From Eledone cirrhosa (Eukaryota): 64,000 nt of DNA. The notes under the pieces were generated by a model. The model did no database searches, was not told the origin of the DNA, and saw only the letters and a program-made list of their open reading frames with translations. Position 1 is the stretch's first letter, and each line of letters starts with the position of its first letter. Shown one piece after another: positions 28,570 through 41,130 of the stretch. Position numbers and translations under genes: made by a program. The stretch lies in NCBI GenBank assembly GCA_964016885.1, contig OZ024742.1, forward strand, positions 146,754,001-146,818,000. The letters run 5' to 3'.

Positions 28570-30620
28570 ATATCCAACTATAGACCTATCACATGTCTGT
28601 CCGTAATGTGGAAACTGTTGACGAGCATTGTGTCTGAGGAAATCTACCATCACCTCCACACAAACAACTTGTTACCGGACGAACAGAAAGGATGCCGAAA
28701 GAAGTCACGTGGTACAAAGGACCAGTTACTTATTGATAAGATGGTAATGGGGAATTGCAGGAGGAGACACACTGATCTTGCCATGGGATGGATAGACTAC
28801 AGAAAGGCATTTGACATGGTGCCTCATTCTTGGATCACCAAAAGCCTGGAGATCTTCAGGGTGGCAGATAACATCAGACAGTTGCTAGGCAGGAGTATGG
28901 GTCCTGGGAGACAGAGTTGACATCAACTGGAGTATCCTTGGGAAGCGTGAAGATCAAGAGAGGTATTTTCCAGGGAGATAGCCTGTCCCCTCTGTTGTTT
29001 GTCCTTGCCCTGATGCCCTTGACCATTATGCTGCGGAGGGTGAGAGCAGGATACAAGTTGGGAAGGGGAGAGCTTACCATCAATCACCTCCTCTTCATGG
29101 ACGATCTTAAGCTCTTCGGGAAAAGTGAGAAGGAGTTGGATGTGCTTGTTGACACTGTCCGTATTTTCAGCAGTGATATATGTATGCAGTTTGGTATTGG
29201 AAAATGTGGAGTCATTGTGATGAGGAGGGGTAGGTTGAGCAGAAGTAACGGGATCCAGATACCAACAGGTGAGATGATAAAGGAAATTGACTCTGAGGAA
29301 GGATACAAGTATTTGGGCGTTCTGGAGGCTGATGGCATAAAGAACAAAAAAATGAAGGAATTGTTAAGAACTGAATACATTCGGAGAGTAAGGAGCGTAT
29401 TGAAGTCACATCTGAACAGCAGAAATGCCATAAGCGCAGTAAATTCCCGAGCTGTGTCTATTATTAGGTACAGTGCGGGAATTCTGAGATGGAATGTTGC
29501 TGAACAAAAAGAAATGGATAGGAAGACTAGGAAGCTATTGACTATCTACAACATGTTCCACAAGAGGAGTGATGTCGATAGACTCTACCTAAGGAGATCT
29601 GAGGGTGGAAGAGGTCTTATCAGCATAGAGGACTGTGTTCAGATGGAGAAAAACAACCTATACAAATACGTGACCTATAGTAAGGAGCCAATGCTCAGAA
29701 CTGTACTGAAGGAGGGGACAGTAGGCCAGGGGATGTCCAAGGAGGAAATAACATCAAGGAGGAAGAGCAGCCTTAAGGGAAAATCCCTTCATAGTACCTT
29801 CTTTGAGAAAACTGAATTTAGAGATCCACAGACATGGAACTGGTTGAGAAGAGGAGACCTCAAAAAGGCTACAGAAGGAATGCTAATGGCTGCGCAGGAG
29901 CAGGCCCTCAAAACGAAGTGGTTGAAGCACCATATTTACAAGGAGGAGGCTAGCCCACTGTGCAGGATCTGTGGAGAGAGAGAGGAGACTGTGGCTCACA
30001 TTGTGTCCGAGTGTAAACACCTAGCCCAGACCCACTATAAGGGCTGGAGACACGATGTGATGGGCAGGGTGATCCACTGGCACCTGTGCAAAGTAAACAA
30101 TTTACCACATTCTGAGAAATGGTATGAGCATAGGCCAGAGGCGGTGATGGAGAACAATCAGGTGAAGGTGCTGTGGGATTTTAGGATACAGACGGACAAA
30201 AAACTGGAACACAATAGACCTGACCTGGTGGTTGTGGACAAAGAAAAAAGATCGTGTCTGATTGTGGATGTGGCCTGCCCGTTCGACACGAGAGTGCAAG
30301 AGAAGGAGAGGGAGAAAATTAACCGATACCAGGACCTAAAGTGGGAGGTGAAAAGGATTTGGAACTGCCATGAAGTCAAAGTGATCCCGATTGTCATAGG
30401 CGCACTGGGGACTATCTCCAAAAGTTTCCAGGGATGGTTAAAGAAAATCGGCCCCTTCACGCTTTTTGGAACGCTTCAAAAGGCATGCTTGCTTGGAACA
30501 GCAAGAACCCTCCGATACGTCCTGAATATCTGAGGCTGCAGGTAGTGGCTTGATATTCAATCCAACGGACTTTCCAGTTAACCAACATCAATGACTGAGA
30601 TTCAAGGAATAACAACAATA
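28570..30620 (+). mobile_element. R4/Dong-clade non-LTR retrotransposon, 5'-truncated, one frameshift near 28905
   Basis: RT motifs [25 protein letters not shown] and LFMDD; CCHC CRICGEREETVAHIVSEC; RHD; REL NRPDLV..D; flanked by (AAT)n. Confidence 0.95.
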
Positions 30621-30679
30621 ATAATATTATATATATGCACACACACACACACATACACATATCTATACACACACACGAT

Positions 30680-32290
30680 AGCAACTAACAGCGCTGCGAT
30701 CGAATGTGGCTTTTTAGCCCAGCCAATGATCTAAAATGTTTTGCACAGAGACGGCAACCAAAACATTCACTGGGATTAGCCGGCTGTGGTTGGAGTTCAT
30801 GTACTTTTGCATGTCGCTTGAGCCCTCCTGCTGATTTACATTCTCTACCACATGCTTGGCAAGCATGATGAGTAGCATCTCCAACAGCAGCCTGGTAGTC
30901 AACCACTGGTCTTACTTTATAACTGCTTTATAAGATGACTTTCGAGTCCAGCTTTGCTTAGGCAGGGTCTTGCACAGACGCTGCATGTCAGCACCATAGG
31001 AGGACCCTCTCCGTCTGGAAGTGCAACAGCAATGCCCTTCCTCACATCCCGCTTTACTTTCTCGTATGCGATTCGAGATGCCTCAAAGGCAACTTTTCCT
31101 TCATATACAATCTTTCTCCATTTATTATGATCAGCAGCAATATTTTCCCATGTATCGGCAGGGATGTTAGCGTCTTTCAAAGGGGCTTTCAAGGAATCCT
31201 TATACCTCTTTTTTGGTTTATGTGGCGGTCGTTTTCCTTTAACCAACTCTCCATAGAAGAGTTGTTTTGGTATTCTAGAATCCTTCATCCTGGCAAGGTG
31301 ACCACTCCAACAGAGTCATTGCTTAAGCACATAGAGCTTTCCAAAATCTCGATACCACTGATGTTGTCCCTCCAGTGAACACCATGGATCCGTCTGAGAC
31401 ACATCTGATGGAAACGCTCCAATTTCTTAAGGTGATGTCGATATGTGACCCAGGTCTCGCAGGCATAAAGAAGAGAAGAGAACACACATGCCTTGTACAC
31501 CTTTACCTTTGTCTTCTTGCATATGTCTCGCCGACCCCAGAGTCGCCTTTCTAGCTTTCCGAAAGCATCACTTGCTTTCCTAATCCTAAGTGAGATTTCA
31601 CTATCAAGGTTGCTGTATCGATTGACAGTGCTTCCCAGGTAGACAAACTGATCAACCACTCCAAGTCGTTTACCACACACATAGATATTTGGTTCAGTGT
31701 ACTGCTTACCAGGGGCAGGTTGGTACATGACGGTTTTCTTGAGACTGACAGTCAATCCTAGGGCAGTGCAAGTGTCAGAAAATTCATTCAAAATGTGCTG
31801 CATATCACTCTCTGTGTGCGCTACAAGATCGCAATCATCTGCATACAAGAGGTCTCTTCTGATTGATGTAAATACTTTTGTCTTTGCAGCAAAGCGCCTG
31901 ATATTAAATATGCTACCTGAGGTTTGATATCGGATGTAAACACCATGCTCACAATTCCTGAATGCAATACAGAAAACCATTGCAAAGTATATGGCAAACA
32001 GGGTCGGTGCTGGAATATCCCCCTGTTTCACTCCACTTTTTACTGAGATAGGCTCCGACATGTTACCTCCGACATTAACCCAAGCCTTCATGTTGTCATG
32101 GAAATACCTAACTAAAGCAAGGAACTTATCAGGGCAACCAAGTTTCTGGAGAACCTTCCATAATGCATTTCTGTTAACAGTATCGAAAGCTTTTGTCAGA
32201 TCGACAAAAACCTGATACAGATCCAAACCTTGTTCCATACACTTCTCCTGGAGCTGTCTAGCTGAAAAGATCATATCAGTAGTGCCGCGT
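30680..32290 (-). mobile_element. RTE (BovB-like) LINE, 5'-truncated and frameshifted
   Basis: RGTTDMIFSARQLQEKC, FVDLTKAFD, GVKQG, LLYADD, FVYLGS, LLYACETW, RIPKQLFYGEL; C-terminal C2H2-like motifs. Confidence 0.93.
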
Positions 32291-33153
32291 TCATACATAC
32301 ATACATACATACATGCATACATACAAGTATAGTGCGAATGCCATGATAAAATGTACCCAGTACACTCTGTAAAGTGATTGACATTAGGAAGGACATCCAA
32401 CCATAGAAAACATGCCAAAATAAGGAATTTATAAACTAGTTATGGCTCCTCTGATATGTCTAGTCTCAATCTAACCCATGCCACCATCAAAAGCAAATGT
32501 AAAATGATGATTATGATGAAACAATGTTAATATATAATTATATATTTGCACGCACACACACATATTAGCATAGTTTCATCACAATCATCATTTTACATTT
32601 GCTTTCCATGCTGGCATGGGTTAGATTGTTAATCACAGTTTCATGTTCTCTAAATTCCAATGAGAGAGTCTTGAGTCTATGTTAGAAACCGGCTCTCTCA
32701 CTATTGGTAAAAATATGTATATATGTATATGTGTGTGTGATGGGATATGATATTCTATTTAATTGAGGAAAAAAATGTATAAATTTGTATATTATTATTA
32801 TTATTATCATTATTATTATTATGATTATTATTATTGATTTATCTCTAATAATTTCCCTATTTTATTGAAGAAGCTTTATTTTCTTGATGATTTTTCTTCA
32901 AATTGTGTTGGAATTTTTTTTCCTCTTAAAGAATTTTTTTTATATTTCTTTTGTGTGTTATTCTTCAGAATCCCAATTTTGAAATCGTTACAATGATATC
33001 ACGATAAATGAAGAGCATTAGAACTTCATCTATAAATCTAGATCATTCTTTATCTAATATAATATTGATATTAGAGATTCTACAATGGTAAATGAATCGG
33101 AACTTTTAATTTTTTATATATATATTGGCTTCTACTATTGTTATCAACATTTC

Positions 33154-33867
33154 TTTAATCTACATCATTATATAGACTCATAATCTATATCATTGTATAT
33201 ATACACACATTCCAACATAATTATATATATTCATGTGTGTGTGTTTGCTTGTGTGTGCACGTGTGTGTGTGTGAAGGCTTCTATTACTATTATTATTATG
33301 AAAAGTCTTTTAACCTACATTATTTACACACACTTTGACGTATAGAGTTACGGCCCTTGCCATTCCGAGTTCAAATCCCGCCAAGGTTAACTTTGCCTTT
33401 CATCCTTACGGGGTCGATAAAATAAAGTACCAGTAATGCACTGGGTAATTGCTGGCCTTGTGCCTAACGTAGAAACAATTATTTACACAAAAACCTATAT
33501 GTGTGTGTGTGTGTGTGTGTTTGTGTGAATGTGCATGCATGCGTGTGAGTGTGTGTGTGTATATGTGTGTGTTGCTAGCAGATAAAATGGACATGTTAAA
33601 TGCTGAGGAGGAGGATTGTGAGAACAATTATATATAAATATATCATCATCATCACATCATCATCACCGTTTTACATCCGTTCTTCCACGCTAGCATGGGT
33701 TAGACGGGTTGTCCTGTTGTGGGTAGTGTCTGGTCGGCTGACAATGCCTTGCTCATACAGGAACTGATTTGGCTTGATTTCTACAGCTGGATGCCCTTCC
33801 TAACACCAACCTCATTTACAGTGAGTGCTGGGTGCTTTTTTGTGGCGCACCCAGCACTCACAGGTGC

Positions 33868-33934
<67 letters not shown>

Positions 33935-34261
33935 GTTCTCACAATCCTCCTCCTCAGCATTTAACATGTACATTTTATCTGCTAGCAACACACACACATA
34001 CACACACACTCACACGCATGCATGCACATTCACACAAACACACATATTCACACAAAGACACACACACACACACACACATATAGGTTTGTGTGTAAATAAT
34101 GTAGGTTAAAAAACTTTTCATAATAATAATAGTAATAGAAGCCTACACACACACGTGCGCACACATGCAAACACACACACACAAATATATATAATTATGT
34201 TGGAATGTGTGTATATATACAATGATATAGATTATGAGTCTATATCATGATGTAGATTAAA
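33154..34261. repeat. Local inverted duplication (about 330 bp arms) with a SINE in the left arm
   Basis: 33154-33332 plus 33480-33635 is the reverse complement of 33925-34261; SINE at about 33333-33477 with TSD ATTATTTACACA. Confidence 0.85.
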
Positions 34262-34599
34262 TCCATTTGTAATGCATTTTATGTAAAGTTTCGAAGCTGG
34301 AGGGAATTTTTTACATGTGGGTATATAACCTTAGATAATAGATACACATATAACAGTTTGTGTATTAATTATAATATACACAGCTATGTACACTCCTAAT
34401 GAGAAAGATAATGAACATTTTAAAGTGTTTGTGTGATGGAGCAAATACTTGGAAGATAACTCATCACTTTTTATTATATAAACACTAATATAAACACATA
34501 ATAAATACAATTAATTATTGCTAGAGACCTCACAAATGTAATGCACAAAAATAAATATATGATCAAGGCGAAAGAAAAAAAAACAATCAATTCACCACC

Positions 34600-34900
34600 A
34601 AGTACAACAATTGACCGCACACCACAATGGTCAACGGGAAATTTTGAGGAAAGCCAATATACTCATAATGTTACTGCAGGTGGTGACAAGACAAAAGTGC
34701 TGAAACAACCAGGTGCTCTCACGAGCATCACCTGACACCTTAGTTAAGTGAGCCACCAACAATGATAAGAACTTGGCTGTCAGTGGCTCAGCTCCACCAA
34801 ATGTCTTGAATGACACAGGTTGGAAAAAATAGATATTATTTGATAGCTCCCTGGATTTTAGGATTTTATTCCATTTGGCAATGGTAGCAGTGGCCATCCG
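34600..34900 (-). mobile_element. CRE-like non-LTR retrotransposon C-terminal fragment
   Basis: K.RELSNNIYFFQPVSFKTFGG..P....FL......L....GDARE..WLFQ..CL....SN..SIL matches the CRE terminal pattern F.PVA.ET.G...GD.RE...L.QR.S.A..RGNA.SIL. Confidence 0.65.
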
Positions 34901-34929
34901 AAAAAGTCCCCAGAGATATTTCCCTTATA

Positions 34930-36546
34930 AAAAAAACAAATAGGCAACATGTGGAATAAAATCCTCAACCTCAGAAAATCTACATTCTGGAACATACTAA
35001 AGAATAACAATGCCTAAGCAATTTATTGAATATCTTATTGAAACCCCTCCTCAAACACAATCAGAGTTTCCTATGAGATGATTTAAATTTTCTCAACTAT
35101 CTACCAGATAATGTAAACCAAAATGTTTACATGATCTCATTAGATGTTGTGAGCCTATACAATAATATTCCACACTATCATGGTATCAAAGCTATCAAAT
35201 ACTGGCTAGACTCATTTTCTTATGAACTACCAGACCACTTCAATAAGAATTTCATTGTAGACGGACTTGAATTATTTTAATAAACAATTATTTCATGTTC
35301 GATGAAATAGCTTAGTGAGTGAAATCAGGAACAGCCATGAGAACAAATGTTATGCCAACATAAGCAAATCTAGTCATGGGATAGTACGAATTACAAATTT
35401 ACCAAAAAAACATGAACAAATTTATGGGAATAATTTTGGTGACAACATAAAAGAAAACTGGAACAGGTACTTGGACAACTGCTTCATATTGCAGAGGAAG
35501 AATCTTGACCAACTAAAGAAATTTAAAACCCCCATCAATGATAAAAACCAGAATATCCAATTCACTATGAATTTTAGCAATACAAACCTTCCATTTTTAG
35601 ATATCCTAGAAACAAAAAGAAACAGAATGTTAGAAACTAACATATATTTCAAGCCTACTGACTCCTGACAATACCTCTTTTCTCCATCACATCCCCAAAC
35701 CAACATCCCTTTTAACTTAGCCAAGCAAATCTATACAATAGTCTCAAACCAACAACCAGAGAACAAAGACTAGATGAAACAAATACTTATCAAGAGAACA
35801 TAACCTCAGAATTTAATCAACAATAGTATTGAAAAAATCAAATCAAATCAATATCCAAACACTCAGAGAAACAAAAAAAAAACAAGAAAAAGGTCATACC
35901 ATAAATTTCAACTTTCAATCCAAAGAACACAGAGATATACAAACAGATACAACTAAACTTACCTATACTATTAAAGGACAAGGAAATGAAAAACATCTTA
36001 CAAAAACACCCATAAAAGTAAATGACAACTAAAATTACTAAAAACGATATTAATGAATGCAAAGCTACAAACCATTATTAAAGAACTGGAAGTGAAAAGG
36101 TGCAATCAACTGCACTGCAGAGTGTGCAATTATCTGTTGGAAGGCAACGAATCTAATTTCAAATACGGTTCCATCTTTAAAATGAAAAATGACTTCTCTT
36201 ACAACTCGGAGAATCTAATATACTTTATAACATGTAAAGGCTACCACAAACATTATATTGGACAAACAGGTACTTCACTCTGAAGACAATTCTCCATCAA
36301 AAAATTAGAGACCCACACACCAAGGTCTTTGCCCATAACTTCTTGTTTGTTTTCATCTCCAGGTCTAACTGGCTCTCTTCTTTATGTTTTGTAGGACTAG
36401 AACTGCTTCATTTGAAGGAAATCATCAGTAAAGGTTTCCTGAAACAATTCTAGTCCCGTAGAAGCCATTTCTATATTAAATATTGTATATACTCTACTAT
36501 GTATTGAGTACCTTACTTACTGTGGTTACCCCCGATTGAACCCGGG
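34930..36546 (+). mobile_element. Degenerate Penelope-like element (RT, C-terminal GIY-YIG and terminal repeat)
   Basis: SLDVVSLYNNIPH, GTAM, WNRYLDNCFI, IQFTM...LPFLDI, IYFKPTD, CxxxxCxxC (RCNQLHCRVC), NLIYFITC...YIGQTG; followed by an HHR-bearing repeat at 36391-36546. Confidence 0.9.
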
Positions 36547-36634
<88 letters not shown>

Positions 36635-37612
36635 TTATATATACAGTAGAGGATTAGCTGAGACTGTGAATGTATGTATAAATATACATTGTGTATATAG
36701 ATTGTGTATAGAGACATGTAAACATTGTGTATATACATTGTGTATATAGATTGTGTATATAGATTGTGTATATAGACATGTCCAATTGTGTATATAGACA
36801 TATCTAATTTATTTATTTATTTATTTCCTTGTAAATTGAAAACCTGATGAACATACTTTATTGGTTTTCAAACCTCATTGGGGTCTCATCAAAGGATACC
36901 TAAATCACTAAACAACTACAAGGAAATATCATCATGAACACCATCAACATCATCATCATCATCATTATTGCCACCATCATCATCTCCATCCTAATCATCA
37001 CCATCCCCAACAGCACCACCATCACTATAATCACTATTGTCACCATCACTACCACCATTATCATCACCATAAACTACATTTCCTCAGATGTAAATCACCA
37101 CCTTATATCTTCAGATTTAAAACACCATCACCATATTTGCTCAGGTGTAAAATATCCATTTATATTTTTATTAAGGTGTAAAATCTCGTCTGGTAATAAA
37201 ATATTGTTTTGTTCTATTTTGTTTGCTGGGGTTATTTTGTTGTTTTGTTTTTACATTTCTCATGGGCTTACTAAAACAGGGGGAAAATACTTTTATAACA
37301 AAAAGTGAAAGCAGGTTGTTCTTCATGTGGTTGTTGTTGTTGTTGGTGGTGGTGGTGGTGGTGGTGGTGGTGGTGGTGGTGGTGGTATGGCGTGTGTGTC
37401 TGTGTGCACATGTATGTGAGTATCCTTCTACTTTTTTAATAGTTTCAGTCATTATACTTCAGCCATGCTCGGGCACCACCTTCAAGAGATTTAGTCAATC
37501 ATATTAACTCTAGTACTTCTTTTCTTTTTTCAAATCAGCTATTTATTCTATCGATCTCTCTTTGTCAAACCTTTAGACTATGAGATATAAACAAACAGTA
37601 AACATAAGCTAT

Positions 37613-37684
<72 letters not shown>

Positions 37685-37688
<4 letters not shown>

Positions 37689-37900
37689 CGACTTTCGTCA
37701 AATTGGACCGAGGAAACAATGTTTCCGTTGGTCTTTCCAATTGCTAATACTATCTATCGGTCGCAACTCCAGGTAGAAGGAGCAACGTGAAATAAAGTGT
37801 CTTGCTCAAGGACATAACGCATCGCCTGGTTCAGGAATCGAACTCACAACCTTACGATTGCGAATCCAATTCTCTAACCACTCAGCCACACGCCTTCACT
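37685..37900 (-). mobile_element. tRNA-derived SINE
   Basis: Reverse complement GGCGTGTGGCTGAGTGGTTAGAG...GTGAGTTCGATTCC followed by CTTGAGCAAGACACTTTATTTCAC. Confidence 0.85.
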
Positions 37901-38002
37901 TTGACACATATATAGCCTACTGAATACGCACGTATATGTTTCTTTTCTCCCCATTTTTTTCTCATCATTCTTTACTTTCTATTTATCTTCTGTTTCTAAC
38001 TA

Positions 38003-38038
38003 TCTGTTGATGAAGGACTAGTGTCCGAAACATTAAGA
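38003..38038 (+). ncRNA. Minimal hammerhead ribozyme motif (family K)
   Basis: TTGATGA-A-GGAC tagt GTCC-GAAAC-ATT-AAGA; C3>U. Confidence 0.5.
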
Positions 38039-38104
38039 CTCCTTTCCTTCTATTTCAAGCGTTAAACTAATATTGGCGTAGCAGCATCACCATTAACTGC
38101 TACA

Positions 38105-38480
38105 AGTGTATTGTGTGCAGAGGATCTGCGCAGACTGGATAGGAACGAAGCTTGCATACTCCGTTGGATGTGTAATAGTAATATACATGAACGGCAAAGC
38201 ATAAATGAACTAAGTGAGAAATTAGGAATAAGAGGGATCAGATGCTGTTTACTCGAGAGAAGACTACGTTGGTATGGTCACGTGATGCGCATGAAAGATG
38301 ACAGCTGTATAAAAAAGTGCAGGGTCATCAAAATTGATGGAACCTATAGAGTAGGCAGACCCAGAAAAACCTAGGACGATTTGATAAATTCCGACCTTAC
38401 ACACTTACACCTCTACAAGACAATGTCACTGGACCGAGATCTTTGGCGCTACGCAATAATACAGAAGACCCGCCTTGTCT
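38105..38480 (+). mobile_element. RTE-clade LINE 3' end
   Basis: LRRLDRNE..ILRWMC...RRLRWYGHVMRM....IKKC....GRPRKT; related fragments at 10915-11090 (+) and 49086-49290 (-). Confidence 0.85.
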
Positions 38481-38982
38481 AAGTACAAAGCGAAACCTAC
38501 AGTCAATAGGCACCGCTTAACCAAAAATACACCTTCATCCCACTACCCCTACCCCCACCCCCATCTACACCACCCTTTCTCTGTAAAGTTATGTTAGGGC
38601 CACAACATCCAGTCCTAAATAAATGAAGTCGTGTAGGTGTCACAACAAAAAAACACACAGTCCACGCTGTAATGTGGCCATGTAGGTAACACGGTAAAAA
38701 CCTCCCAGTCCACACTGTAAACGTGTTTGGTGTTAGGAAGGGCATCCAGCCGTAGAAAACCTGCCAGATAGTCCTATACGAGCAAGACAACCAATCTTGC
38801 TTCAAGTGGGACAATTCCCATCTAAACCCATGGAAGATAGACGTTAAACGATGATGATGATGACTTCTTCCATGTACTGTGCCGTTTGTTTTGTTATTTT
38901 TTTGTTATTTTTATTATTACTTATACTTACATATATGTGTGTGTGTGTGTGTGTGTATGAGTGTGTTTGTGTGTGTGTGTGT

Positions 38983-39018
<36 letters not shown>

Positions 39019-39029
39019 GTGTGTGTGTG

Positions 39030-39216
39030 TTCTGGGTTCAATTGAGGGTAACCACAGTAAGTAAGGTACTCAATACATAGCAGAGTATAAATTTTTAATA
39101 TAGAAATGGCTTCTACAGGAACTGTTTCTTTTGAAGGAAATCATCAGGAAAGCCCTTTCCTGATGATATCCTTCAAATGAAACAGTTCTAGTCCTGTAGA
39201 AGCCATTTGTATATTA

Positions 39217-39218
<2 letters not shown>
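39030..39218. mobile_element. PLE terminal-repeat fold-back with hammerhead (family E)
   Basis: Arms about 39094-39152 and 39155-39218; TTTC-CTGATGA-TATCCTTCAAAT-GAAACAG ttctagtc CTGTA-GAAG at 39156-39202. Confidence 0.7.
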
Positions 39219-39248
<30 letters not shown>

Positions 39249-39541
39249 CTAGCATTAAAGCCCGGCGTTGCTCGGGGTCAGTAAGTTACCAAAGTTAGGT
39301 TGCACCACCCATTTTATGGCAGCACTTTTTTGTCTGCCAGGCACTGGGTGAATGAATTGCAGACCTGGACTGCCGAAGCAGGAGCTGCGCCAGCAGTGAC
39401 AATTGTAGTTTCGCCTATGGATATTATCTCTGTGCAAAGAAGTGTTGAAATTTATTGTTTCACAGTACTTGCACAACACGCGCGTAGACGGTGCCAGCCG
39501 AACAACAGAGCTGCGATGGAGTTGTTCTGCATGGTTGTCTA

Positions 39542-40277
39542 ATGTGTGTTTTCTAAATTTAAGACAGTAGGGGGGGGGTGATATGGGGGAGAGTTAGCTG
39601 TTGTTTCTAGCAGGTTTAGTGACCTCATAGAGGATATGTGTTTTCTAAATTTAAGACAGTAGGGAGTGGTGTGATATGGGGGAGAGTTAGCTGCTGTTTC
39701 TAGCAGGTTTAGTGACCTCATAGAGGATATGTGTTTTCTAAATTTAAGACAGTAGGGAGGGGTGTGATATGGGGGAGAGTTAGCTGCTGTTTCTAGCAGG
39801 TTAGTGACCTCATAGAGGATATGTTTTCTAAATTTAAGACAGTAGGGAGTGGTGTGATATGGGGGAGAGTTAGCTTCTGTTTCTAGCAGGTTTAGTGACC
39901 TCATAGAGGATATGTTTTCTAAATTTAAGACAGTAAGGAGGGGTGTGATATGGGGGAGAGTTAGCTGCTGTTTTTAGCAGGTTTAGTGACCTCATGGAGG
40001 ATATGTGTTTTCTAAATTTAAGACAGTAGGGAGGGGTGTGATATGGGGGAGAGTTAGCTGCTGTTTCTAGCAGGTTAGTGACCTCATAGAGGATATGTTT
40101 TCTAAATTTAAGACAGTAGGGAGTGGTGTGATATGGGGGAGAGTTAGCTTCTGTTTCTAGCAGGTTTAGTGACCTCATAGAGGATATGTTTTCTAAATTT
40201 AAGACAGTAAGGAGGGGTGTGATATGGGGGAGAGTTAGCTGCTGTTTTTAGCAGGTTTAGTGACCTCATATAGGATA
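39542..40277. repeat. 90-93 bp minisatellite, 8 units
   Basis: Unit TTTTCTAAATTTAAGACAGTAGGGAG...GTGACCTCATAGAGGATATG; units 3-5 are repeated as units 6-8 (274 bp). Confidence 0.97.
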
Positions 40278-40929
40278 TTATTGTGTATAGTAAATAAACT
40301 GATACTTCTTTCTTCAACGTTCGTTGAGAGGTTTTAAAAAAGATTTATCGCTATTTTTTTTGTTGTTGAATAAATTTATCTGTTGCTTTTGAATAATTGT
40401 TGTTTCGTATGAAATGTAATAAGTTCTCTTTGTCATTGAAGTAAATAAATGTTTGACCGTTCCACACTCAAAAACAAACGCTCTCTCTCTCACTCTTCGG
40501 CGTTCCTAAAGGAAGTTTGTAAGCATGTATGTAGTTTTATCGAATTTGAAGGGGAGTAGAGAGAGGTAATCAGATAGTATTAGGGGGGGGGGTAAAGCGT
40601 CATGTATTTAGTTTTATCGATTACTAGCAGTAAAGCCCGGCGTTGCTCGGGGTCGCTCAGTAGCTGTGTTAAAGTTACAATGTTAAGTTTCTTTTTTGGC
40701 TTAAAAACTGTAGTGTCTACTGTGCAGACTTGCATGTGGTGTTTTTGATTAATATTCCCTCAACCAACAATATGCCTTATGAAGTTAAGAAAACATAACG
40801 ATAACCCGAATGTTATAACAAAAGAGGATGCTGGGGATAAAAACTGCACTGGTTATTTATTAACAAAGATCGAAAATGTAAACACTGCAACGCAGAGAAA
40901 AACATTAGCGTAACCAAATTATCAGTTAT

Positions 40930-41130
40930 GTCTGTCTGCACGCCTATATCACCTCTCGGCACGACTGCCTGTCTGCACGCCTATATCACCTCTCTGCACG
41001 ACTGTCTGTCTGCACGCCTATATCACCTCTCTGCACGACTGTCTGTCTGCACGCCTATATCACCTCTCTGCACGACTATCTGTCTGCACGCGTATATCAC
41101 CTCTCTGCACGACTGTCTGTCTGCACGCCT
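40930..41130. repeat. 37-bp minisatellite, about 5.4 units
   Basis: GTCTGTCTGCACGCCTATATCACCTCTCTGCACGACT. Confidence 0.97.

Noticed and set aside
36845-36900. Minus-strand hammerhead TTGATGA-GACC..GGTT-TGAAA
   Set aside because: The core is mutated and stem I does not pair convincingly; at best a relic
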